Virus record (IMG/VR): IMGVR_UViG_3300028840_004217
Location: 1 to 64,000 of that record
DNA length: 64,000 nt
Source: a virus
Reading direction: 5' to 3' (one strand)
The notes beneath the pieces were generated by a model. The model worked only from the letters and a program-made list of their open reading frames with translations. It did no database searches and was not told where the DNA came from. How positions within the stretch are numbered: the first letter of the stretch is position 1; the number at the start of each line of letters is the position of its first letter. Position numbers and translations under genes: made by a program. Positions 47,946 to 57,409 of the stretch are shown one piece after another.

Positions 47946-48024
47946 TGTGCTATGCCGACGGTTCTTTCGAGCCGCCCCCGTTGTTTCGGGCGGGCCGCTG
48001 ATCGCGGCCCCGCACACTCACACA
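47946..48024 (-). ncRNA. repeated four-way-junction RNA motif, copy 4
   Basis: UGUGU-GAG-UGUGC-G-[GGGCCGC/GCGGCCC]-G-[CCCG/CGGG]-[GGCGGCUC gaaa GAACCGUC]-G-GCAUA-GCACA. Confidence 0.75.
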
Positions 48025-48025
48025 G

Positions 48026-48505
48026 CTACGGATGCTCGTCGCCGGTTTCGGGTTCCGGTTCCTCTATCTCACCGACTTTGACTTCCACCGGCAGTTCGGG
48101 CGGGTTTTCGACGTCGTACTTGGCCTCAAGAAACCGGGCCAACTCGATGGCGGTGTTCACGAGGGCCATATACTTCTCGGCCTCATCGATGCTGCGTGAG
48201 CCTTGCGCCGACCAGTTGACGGCGGCGGTCCGCATCGGCTGGCCGTAGCGAATTTCACCGGGCCGGTTGACGGTGACGCGGTTAGTCCGATCATCTGTGT
48301 TCTCGATGTCGATGTGGCTGTCATACACCCGCATCGTCACGTTGTTGTCGGCGTCCTCTACGAGATGCTTGGCGAACTCATCGATGCGGTTCACCTGATT
48401 AAGATATTCAAACACCGTGGACAGTGAATCGGAGGTGTTGAAGTATTCCTCTGGTCCGACCTCTTCGTCGGTGCGGTAGGTGCTGCGGATTCTGAAACGT
48501 AACAT
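48026..48505 (-). CDS. hypothetical protein
   Basis: ACAAGGAG RBS; AAVNWSAQGS...EAEKY motif. Confidence 0.6.
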   Translation of the reverse strand: MLRFRIRSTYRTDEEVGPEEYFNTSDSLSTVFEYLNQVNRIDEFAKHLVEDADNNVTMRVYDSHIDIENTDDRTNRVTVNRPGEIRYGQPMRTAAVNWSAQGSRSIDEAEKYMALVNTAIELARFLEAKYDVENPPELPVEVKVGEIEEPEPETGDEHP

Positions 48506-48809
48506 GATTTGGTTCTCCTTGTGTCTGCTGCGTTGATTAAAGGGCTCTGAGCGTGTCGATGAAAACTTTGTGAAACAGCGGATAATTCTGGCCGGGCCGC
48601 AGTTCGTCAGCGTTGAACTCTTTCCACTTGGCTATGGCCACCTGCTTGTCGTCTGTGAAATAATAGTCGTTCCAGGCTTTGTTGTACACCGCGTACTCGG
48701 TGGTTTCTGTTTCCCGGTTGTGTGACTCGGGGCTGTAGTGAATCGTGAGTTCCTGGCGTGTCATCTGTCTGCTCCTTGTGTCGTGTGGTTTCCTCTTTGT
48801 TCTATATAC

Positions 48810-48838
48810 AATATAACATATATTGATTACTTTGTCAA
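48810..48838 (-). promoter_or_regulatory. repeated early sigma70 promoter, copy 5
   Basis: TTGACA-17-TATATT with an A-tract UP element. Confidence 0.85.
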
Positions 48839-49893
48839 GAGGGCAAGGGCATTTTTTTTCATTTTTTTACGATTTTTTTTCAGGCAGGAAAGTGCTTTCG
48901 CACCAGGTGGGAAAATGCGTTCGCAGTCGGCGGGGGCAGTGCGAAGGCACATCAGAGGCGCGTGCGAAGGCGCTAAAACAGGCTGGTCTGCTCGGCGTCC
49001 TTGTCCTCCGGTATGTCCTCGCTCTCGAAGGTCAGCAGGGCGCGGTGATCCTCGCCCTCGATGATGATGTAGTCGTCCGACCACAGACACCGCCACTTGC
49101 CGTCTTTGAAATGATAGTGGCCGAGCCAGGAAAAGTCATTTTTCTGATATTTCTTCTTGGGCGGCGCGTCGGCGTCGATGCAGGTGATGTGTATGTGGGG
49201 CGGGCTTTCGGGCGGCTCCACATAGTACCACTCGAAGGAGCCGTCCGGCAACTCACGCCGTCGGTGCGCGTTGATGATGTCATGGTATCGCGGGCAGGTA
49301 CAGTCGGCCTTGATCTCACGTACCTTGTAAGGCCCGGTGTCATAGGACGTTCGTATGATACTGCCCACCTTCAGTTCGGGCATCAGTCATTCTCCAGGTG
49401 ATCGCGGGGCAACAGACTGTTCTTCTTGATGACCTCGCTCAACTTGACCATGCGCCACTTCGGTGGCACGTCGTACTCATCGGGACACACCTCTTTGCAC
49501 TTGGCCACCGGCTGTCCGTTCGGAAAACCGAATGAACGGCAGTTCGGGCAGTCGTATATCTCACCCCAGTGATTCGTGCCGGTCTCGAATTCGTGGCCGC
49601 AGTTCTGACACTCATAGGGCTTGATGCTGTACTTTCCGGTCGTGGGTTTGCTCACGGTTACACCTCCCAATGACAGGCATACTTCGCCAGGAAAACGGCA
49701 TAGGGCCGGTATAGGGTGGTCGCCAGTGTCCGCAGGGTACCCTTGGGTCCTGGCGCCACGCGGAACACGTTCCAGTTTCTGACGACCTGCGGAGAGCCTT
49801 TGGCCTGCTGCGCCACGTACGTGATGCGCCGTCCAGGGTACTGAAACTCGACGTATTTGCCCCCGGCGTTCTCGCCGGTTCGTTTGATCAGCT

Positions 49894-50667
49894 TCACCTT
49901 TGCCACAGGTTGCTCCTCTCGATTTCGTCCTCACACGGATGGCCGGGGAACAGGTTCAATCCGGTCAGACGCTCCACCGTGTTAATGGTCACGCGGTACG
50001 CCGACAGATCATCGAACACATTGCCGGGCGGCTTCTGCGGTATCACATAGGCCAGGCGTTCCAGCGTCTCAGGGTCGAAGACCACCTTGAAAAAGGCCAC
50101 CGGAACCCGCACCCTGTTCTTACCTATCCGAATGACAGAACTGCCGCCGATATGCACCGGACCGGTCACGACGTGTATCGTGTCGCGGTTCACCGCCGCC
50201 TGACGCACCCGCCCCTCCAGGACGCGCCAGATGCCCCGGTTGAACTTGGGCAGTTGCGGGCTGGCGTTGGACATCAGATACCCCTGCTTCATCACGACCT
50301 CGGACCACCGCAGGTCGGCGGCGGGCACCAGGTGGCCCCTGTCGAATCCCGTGTTGCGGTAGTCGTCCGGATGTGCGGAGCCGGTCCAGATGCGCGGGTC
50401 GAACCGGAACCGCCCCTTGCGTTCCTCTGTGCCGGCGACCTCCTCGGCCGTCAGCTCGTAGACCACCCAGGCCGCTTGCTCGTTGCCCTCGTCATAGGCC
50501 AGGACGAAACCCTCATAGGTCACGACCTGGAACGTGCCGCCGTCGGGCTGGTACGCGCCGTCCTGCGGATGGGCCGGATAGGTCCAGAGAAACAGTATCG
50601 TGCCGACCAGTATGATCGCGTATATGATGAACAGGCCGGTCAGCCTGCGCCTACTCTGTGGGTGCAT
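49894..50667 (-). CDS. DNA/RNA non-specific endonuclease (NucA/Serratia type), exported
   Basis: AAWVVYEL...FDRGHLVPAAD...SNASPQ...FNRGIW..LE; N-terminal TM/signal segment. Confidence 0.92.
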   Translation of the reverse strand: MHPQSRRRLTGLFIIYAIILVGTILFLWTYPAHPQDGAYQPDGGTFQVVTYEGFVLAYDEGNEQAAWVVYELTAEEVAGTEERKGRFRFDPRIWTGSAHPDDYRNTGFDRGHLVPAADLRWSEVVMKQGYLMSNASPQLPKFNRGIWRVLEGRVRQAAVNRDTIHVVTGPVHIGGSSVIRIGKNRVRVPVAFFKVVFDPETLERLAYVIPQKPPGNVFDDLSAYRVTINTVERLTGLNLFPGHPCEDEIERSNLWQR

Positions 50668-52023
50668 CAGCTTCCTCCTTGGGGTGAAAGGCGGCGTATT
50701 TCTCGTCGTACATCTCGTCGCCTATGATGTACACGCCCCACGGGTTCCACAGTACGTACTGCGGCAACTCCTTCTCCGTGGGTGCGTGGGACGCCGTGGC
50801 ATACCTGTCGAACTGCTGGAACATGTCGGTGTCGTCCTCCAGCCGCCACTCGCCCCGCGTGTATTTCGTGCCGGGCGTCCACAGCCTGTGGGCTTTGGGC
50901 GTACCCGTCACCTGAAGGTCCACCTGAACGATCCGGTCACCGGCGCGACGGTAGAACTCTACGGTCGACTTGTGGCCGTAGTCCAGGCGGTAGATGAACG
51001 GCTCGATCTGCTGAACGAACTTCTCGCGCCAGTGCTTTTTCTTCATGCCCGTGATCGGCACGAAGGAGAGGAACGTGCCCCGCACCCTGACCATCGGGAT
51101 CGGGTCGCTTTCGTGGACGATCGCCTTGGCCTCCTCGGGATCGTGCACCTGGAATTGTACGGTGGCGTCAGCGTGGCTGGTGTGCATGAACCCCGACGGG
51201 ATGTTGGCGTCCGCGAGGTCGGGCATCGCCGCTTTCAGTTCCTCGATCAACGCCAGGGCCGCGACGAACTTCTCACGGTCCCTGGCCTGCCGTCTGTCGA
51301 ACTCCTCGATTGTCGTGATGGTCATGTGGCCTCCTCAGGAAAGCATCAGCTTCGTGCCGTGGGCGTACCGGGCGATGTCGATGATGCCCGGCGCGAACTG
51401 TACGAGGTCACCGTCGTCGGTCGTCCAGATGACCCCCTTGTAATCCTCTGTGAACGTCGGAAACAGCGTGCCCTTCTCTATGCGTTGAAGGGCGTCACCC
51501 AGGTTGTTGATCGTGACGGTCGCCATGTCGTACTCTCCTTGTGTTTAGTACACCGTGATTTTGACGGTCGGGGCTTTGACTTTCGCCAGCCTGCTCGTCG
51601 TGACTGCCGGTACGGGTGACGTGCCGAACACGTAGGCGCAGCCACCGTCGATGAACACGTTGTTGATGACGCCCGCGTCACCCTCGAAGATCCGCTTGGC
51701 CACGTCGTACATCGCGTGGGCTATGCGGCGTGCCCGGCGCAGGTCGCGGAACGTCAGCTTCATCGTGACCCGGTGCTGGTGCTCTGCCGTGGGCGGTGTG
51801 TGACGCAGGTGCTCTACGCGGTCCTTCTCGAAATCCTGAACCGTGACCACCGCTGTGGGATCCTCGGACCAGATTTCGTCGGCGAACTCGCGGACGGCTT
51901 TCATGCTGTTGTGAAGCTGGCCTGCTTCGATCTGGCGTGTGCCTGATGTGTAAGTCGTTGTCGTTTCGTACCGGGCCATGATGCTCTCCTTGTGAGTGGT
52001 CGCTTTCCTCTCTGTCTATATAC

Positions 52024-52052
52024 AATATAACATATCTATGTTACTTTGTCAA
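52024..52052 (-). promoter_or_regulatory. repeated early sigma70 promoter, copy 6
   Basis: TTGACA-17-TATATT. Confidence 0.85.
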
Positions 52053-52131
52053 GAGGGCGACAGAAGTTTTTTGCATTTTTTTCAAACTTTTCTCACAAAG
52101 GGAAGCGGGGGCCGGGAGTGGCCCCCGCAGG

Positions 52132-52569
52132 TCACGCTGTCTCGGCGAATCCGACCTGGATGCTGGTGTGCACCCTGTGGCGTCCTCTGCGGACGATTTC
52201 GGATGTGACCAGGCCGTGACGTATCAGAACGCGGAGCGTCTTGTAGGGGCGTGACCCTTCCACCACGTCGGGCTGCACGCCTTCTTGTATGCGGTTCATC
52301 ATCTCATGTTGCGTGATCGAGAGCTGGACGCCCCGCCGCTGTCGCGGCTTGGTTTTCCACGGCTGACTCTTGCGGTTCCAGTCGCTGCGGAACAGGGGGT
52401 TGCCCTTAACCGGCATCTTGAAATTGCGCACGTCCTCCTCGTTGAAATAATAGTCGTGCCTGTCGCCGCCGACCTGCGGTTTGAGCCACCCCTTCTTCAC
52501 GTACCGGGCGATGGTCGCGGGCGTCCTATGTAGTATCTGGCACGCCTGTCGTGTCGTTATCAGCTTCAT
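52132..52569 (-). CDS. excisionase-like / MerR-type HTH DNA-binding protein
   Basis: LITTRQACQILHRTPATIARYVKKGWLKP...YYFNEEDV. Confidence 0.75.
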   Translation of the reverse strand: MKLITTRQACQILHRTPATIARYVKKGWLKPQVGGDRHDYYFNEEDVRNFKMPVKGNPLFRSDWNRKSQPWKTKPRQRRGVQLSITQHEMMNRIQEGVQPDVVEGSRPYKTLRVLIRHGLVTSEIVRRGRHRVHTSIQVGFAETA

Positions 52570-53057
52570 GTTGATGTCCTCTCATCTTGATGGCGCTCTG
52601 GCACGCCTGCAATGCTTCGATCAGGTGGGCCAGCATATCCGTCGGAACGGCTCCTGCCATGTTGAGCGGCCACAGCGTCACCGACGCCGACGGAGCCGTG
52701 GTGATGTCCGTCTGTGCCGGCTGCATGATGTGTACCGTGACGGATGCCGGTGATGTGCCGTGGGCGTCCACGCGGATCGTGGTGTCCCGCCCGTCCTGTA
52801 GCGCCTTGGTCACTGTGATGACGTTTTTCATATCTGCGGACCTCCGTAAAATGATAAATCTGTCTTACTTTGTCAAGCGGTTCTTGGCGGCTCGTCCTCT
52901 GTGATCTCCTCGAATTGGGCGTGGCTGATGTGCTCGAAAGCATCATAGAGGTTCAGCAACGCCTGTTCCTCGTCCTCCCCCTCGACGATCGTGCGGCACC
53001 AGTGTATCACGCCGAGCGCACCGCGTGACCGCCCGTAGAAACCGGCCCTGTATCGTT

Positions 53058-53375
53058 TCATATATCACCGTCCCAACCGTTGTCGATGGCCTCCCGCCTG
53101 TACTGGTTGAACAGGGGCATGCAGCACCCTGCGCCTATGTCAAGTTGGCCCGCGTCGACGAGGCCGTCATCGACCAGGCCGCAACTGTAGAACCCCGGCC
53201 TGTCACCCCGCAGGAATGAACACGGGCCACCGCCGACAGGAGCCGGTTCACCGTGACGCATACCGACCACGCAGACGGCCGTCTTGCAGCAGAGGCCGGA
53301 GCGCACACACGGGCGCCAGCGCGGTTCGTCGTCCGGGTTCAGTCGCTCCAGCTCCTCTATCATTCGGTCCTCCAC
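53058..53375 (-). CDS. YkgJ-like cysteine-cluster protein
   Basis: CVRSGLCCK...C...CSFL...C. Confidence 0.55.
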   Translation of the reverse strand: MEDRMIEELERLNPDDEPRWRPCVRSGLCCKTAVCVVGMRHGEPAPVGGGPCSFLRGDRPGFYSCGLVDDGLVDAGQLDIGAGCCMPLFNQYRREAIDNGWDGDI

Positions 53376-54020
53376 CTCTGTAACACGGCGTATGTGTACT
53401 CGTCAAAATCACCGTCGCCGTGGGTGACGCGGTACGTGATCATCGGGGGCACGATCTCGAACCCGTGCTTGCCCAAGTCCTTCACCTCCGTCATGTCCAC
53501 GAACTCGCGCCACCTCTCTTTGTCATCGACCACATTGCCCTCATTCGACACCCAGGTCAGTTTGCCGAAGATGTCGATGCGGACCATGGCCGTCTCGCGG
53601 CGGATGCGACCTTCCGATGTGAACTGCACTTCATGATGCTGCATCAGCTGACCTCCGTGATGCGCGGGATCGCGGCCCAAAGCTGCTGGCATATACGGTC
53701 GAACTGCGCGTGGCTTTTGATCTCGTACATACCCGCATTAAATGCGGTCTGATAGGTCTGGACGCCGGTTTCACCCGTCATGATGTTCAGCAGGTGGCGC
53801 AACAGATACGCCTCCTCGTCGTTCATGTGCAGCGTGACCTCTCCGCGTGCCATGTCATTCCTCCTTGTGTGAAAATACGAATCGCTTGATCTGATGCGGA
53901 TATATACCGTACTCCTTGCAGTATTCGTACAGCGCGGCTTCCACGCTGGACGTGTCCGGATCGGTACCCACCGGCACGTCATGCTCGTCGCCGTCTTTGA
54001 GCGTCAGACGGTAGATGAAC

Positions 54021-54236
54021 TCAGGCATCTGTCACCACCTCGAACTGATCGGGCGGGCAGACCAGCGGCAGGCTGTACGGTCCGTCCCAATCGACCCACA
54101 CCTGGTTGAACTTGTCGTCACGGGCCAGCTCGACCGGCGTCACCTCCGTCACCGTACCCAACGTGCCGGGCGGCACCGGCGTCGGGTCATCGACCATCGT
54201 GATCAGCTTGATACGCGTTCCTCTTTTCAACTTCAT
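54021..54236 (-). CDS. DUF4314-like protein
   Basis: GTRIKLITMVDDPTPVPPGTLGTV...VWVDWD...L.L..PPD. Confidence 0.75.
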   Translation of the reverse strand: MKLKRGTRIKLITMVDDPTPVPPGTLGTVTEVTPVELARDDKFNQVWVDWDGPYSLPLVCPPDQFEVVTDA

Positions 54237-54654
54237 TTCGATACCCCCTCCTCTTTGGCTCGATTCCGCTGTATCCAGCTCACGCAGTTGCCGTGTGCCC
54301 TGCGGGAATTCGACCAGTACTTCTCCAGACCGGTGGCCGTTTCTATGACGGCCCACCCGTCACGGCGTCCGCGTATTTCATAGCGGCGACGCGGACCCCC
54401 TCCTGTGCGCTCGATCTTCGGAACCGGGTACCGTCGCTCGAAATGCGGCCTGCCGCAGAACGACTCCCACTGACCACTCTTGGTCACGTTGGGGTGTACC
54501 GACAGCCCGCTCCGGACGGGAACGTGAGCCCCGCAGATCCTGCACCGCACCGCGATCTTGTTCGGGAAACAGGGCGGTGCGCCGATGTACTTGACGTCCT
54601 CACTCATGGTCATTCGCTCCTTGTGTCTGGTTGCGACGTCATCTATCTTGTAAC

Positions 54655-54683
54655 AATATAATATCTATTGTTTATTTTGTCAA
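54655..54683 (-). promoter_or_regulatory. repeated early sigma70 promoter, copy 7
   Basis: TTGACA-17-TATATT. Confidence 0.8.
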
Positions 54684-55494
54684 GAGGTTTTTAGTGAGGA
54701 CAGCGGCCCGCCCGAGGACGAACGGGCCGCCCCACCGGAACGTGGTGTACGAGGCCGAGCGTACGAGTGTCCGGTGGTCATTCTTTGGGGTGCAGGAGCT
54801 GTCGGAATCTGTCGTAGGGAACCTTGATCGTGTACCGGCCCACCACGCCGTTCTCATAGTATTCGATCACGGTGTGGTCCGCGCTGTTCGACGCCTTGTG
54901 ACCGCGTATCAACAACAGGTCATACCGGCGCGGTGCGTAGTGCTCCACGTTGTCCACGATCAGACCGAGTGTACGGGCCCACAGAATCCGGTGGCCGGTG
55001 CTGTCGGCGTACACGGCGACGGTGAGGGCATCATTGAGCTGTTCGTAGATCAGGACGGCCTCCTCCACCGACAGGTACAGCATCGAGTTGTCGGCACGCT
55101 GAACCGTGATCTTGTCTGCCCGTTCGACGGCCTGGAGGCGGGCGATCTCCGAGAAGAAAACCCACTGTATGCCGATGATGAAGATCACCACGCCGATGAA
55201 CAGCAGCTTCAATTTATTCTTGCGCGTCATCGTTTTCCTTCTCTACCGCCGCCATCGCCTCCGAGTAATCCCCGCCGTTCGGGAGGGCACTCAGGTCGAG
55301 GCGGCGTTTGATCTGGTCGAGGTAGTTGCCCACCAGACGCATCGCGCCGAAGTGTTCGGGGATGAAGTCGGACGCGTTGATGTTCTCGTGGTTCATCACG
55401 CACATGGCCATCTGGAGTCCGTTGTAGAACCCGTGGGACCAGTCGGGGTTTTTGAATTGCTTTTTGAGTACCGCTTCAAATTGCTCTGCATCAG

Positions 55495-56109
55495 TCAAAA
55501 CGAAGCCTCCGTGAAAAGCGTATACGTGAACGTGGTCCCGTGGCCGTGCTCGACCTGTCGCTGCGCCAGGCTGATGATCAGGTCGAACACGTCGGGGTCG
55601 GGAATCACCTGGCAGGCCGCAGACCACTTGCCGATCCTGACGGACCGCCGCAGTTCGGATGCCCGGTGTATATTGGCACCGATCACCGCCTTGTCCCACT
55701 CATGCATGTCGATATAGGAAACCTCCCCGGCATCAAGTCTCTGCCAGAAGTCGGGCTGCACACGCCAGAACTCTATCGGCGCGGCCTGCGTCAATGCCCG
55801 GTACTTGCCTCTGTGAAAACCGAGCTGGTACGCCGACCGATACTGGCCTGGCCGCATGATGGCCGTTCCACGCACGTTGAGGGGGTTCTGACGGTAGTAC
55901 ACGCCGGGGTCCGTAGTGCAGGGTGTCTGAATCATATTCCAGTCACCTGCGGCCTTCCAGACCACAAAAAACAGATCGTTGAACGTATCGGCCGTCAGGT
56001 CATTCGACCGGATGCCGCCGATGTTCAGATCGTAGTCGTCGCCCTCGAAAAAGGCATACATGGCGTTCTGGTATGCGGCCCGTATCTCGTCAAACGTCAC
56101 CAGGTGCAT
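55495..56109 (-). CDS. putative peptidoglycan-acting enzyme (YkuD/L,D-transpeptidase-like; endolysin candidate)
   Basis: LNIGGIR...FND...TTDPG...GANIHRA...WSAACQV, with His/Cys catalytic spacing. Confidence 0.65.
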   Translation of the reverse strand: MHLVTFDEIRAAYQNAMYAFFEGDDYDLNIGGIRSNDLTADTFNDLFFVVWKAAGDWNMIQTPCTTDPGVYYRQNPLNVRGTAIMRPGQYRSAYQLGFHRGKYRALTQAAPIEFWRVQPDFWQRLDAGEVSYIDMHEWDKAVIGANIHRASELRRSVRIGKWSAACQVIPDPDVFDLIISLAQRQVEHGHGTTFTYTLFTEASF

Positions 56110-56266
56110 CAGCCAGCTCCTTTCGTGGTGTCTGCCGGTGCGCTGGTCGTGTCGGGCGGCGCAGGTGCGGGTTTCGGCTTTTCAGCCCAAAACATGCCCT
56201 CGATCGTCTTGCAGCACCCCGGCTCGTTCTGCTTGTTGTAGCTGCCCCGCTTTATGATGATGAATT

Positions 56267-57223
56267 TCATAGGACGTTCCTTTCCACTCTGTCGGCCCGC
56301 GCCTCGTCGTCGGGATCGGGTTTCAGGCCGAGTTCTATGAACCAGTCGCAGGTGGACCCGCTGTGCTCCGTCAGGAACCGGGCCACCGCCTCCAGCTTGC
56401 GGGCCTCATGCTCGAACGTCACGCGTGCCCGTTCCAGGTGCTCCTCGTTGTGCTTGACGTCGGACGCGCAACCGGCCACCTTGTCCTTCTGCTGGTAGGC
56501 CGCCTCCTGCATGACCAGGATGACGTTCTCCTCCACCAGAGCCAGCCCCGTGATCTCGTCCTTCGGATCCTCCGCCTGTTGAGACACGACGGCCACCTCA
56601 CCCGTACCCGAACACACTGAGCAGTGTACGTCACCGCCGCCGATGATACCCGTCCCCCCGCACTCCGGACACTCCGTTGTTTTCATGATGGGCACTTCTC
56701 CTTTCCCTTGACATTGACAACACTCGTCGGCGCCCGTACCGTCACAGGCCGGGCATTTGATGAACTCCAGGATGCTGGCCACGCCCTTCGAGCTGGCCCA
56801 CGGTATCACGCCGCGCCCGCCGCACCAGGTACAGGCCGTCTGCCCGACCTTCCCGCCTTCATGCCCGCAGGCGGGACACGGGATGGTCTGTCCGCAGCCG
56901 TTGCAGACGTAACACCTTTCGTCCGGCTCCTCCTCATCGGTACTCCCCTTCAGTATGCCCTCACCCCGGCATTTGTAGCACGCCGTCGTCTTGCCGGGAT
57001 CGAGGACGACGGGTACGCACCCCAGGCCGCGACAGAACGGACACAGGGTATCCAGGGGCGTGGCTTTCGTCGTGCGGCCCATGCCCTCACACGGCGTACA
57101 GAAAACCAGCCCGCCCTTGCCCCCGCATTTGTAGCAGACCTGCGGCGCGCCGTCGTCATCGACCTGGCCCGTACCGTCACAGTTATTGCAGACCTCGGGT
57201 ATAGGCAACGTACTGCTGCACAT
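56267..57223 (-). CDS. protein with 12 DnaJ-type CxxCxGxG zinc-finger repeats
   Basis: CNNCDGTG, CYKCGGKG, CTPCEGMG, CPFCRGLG ... CSVCSGTG; no J domain (no HPD). Confidence 0.8.
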   Translation of the reverse strand: MCSSTLPIPEVCNNCDGTGQVDDDGAPQVCYKCGGKGGLVFCTPCEGMGRTTKATPLDTLCPFCRGLGCVPVVLDPGKTTACYKCRGEGILKGSTDEEEPDERCYVCNGCGQTIPCPACGHEGGKVGQTACTWCGGRGVIPWASSKGVASILEFIKCPACDGTGADECCQCQGKGEVPIMKTTECPECGGTGIIGGGDVHCSVCSGTGEVAVVSQQAEDPKDEITGLALVEENVILVMQEAAYQQKDKVAGCASDVKHNEEHLERARVTFEHEARKLEAVARFLTEHSGSTCDWFIELGLKPDPDDEARADRVERNVL

Positions 57224-57409
57224 AGGACCTCCTTTTCTGTGGGAACCCGTAAAACCCGCACACGATGATGAAGCTGATGCAGTCGAGGTTGGACGGAAAG
57301 CCGTACCAGGTGAACGGCATCAACGGCCTGATGAGAGGTTCGATACTGATGGTCACGCTGAATATGACTATCCCCAACCAGAGCAGCTTGAACAATCCGA
57401 ATACCTTAC

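Noticed and set aside
52132-52569. Integration module suggested by the excisionase-like HTH
   Set aside because: No integrase or att site seen; such HTH proteins are common regulators.
54700-54780. Fifth copy of the junction motif
   Set aside because: Two GC hairpins share only gcccgcccga and lack the UGAGUGUGC/GCAUAG ends; more likely a terminator-type structure.
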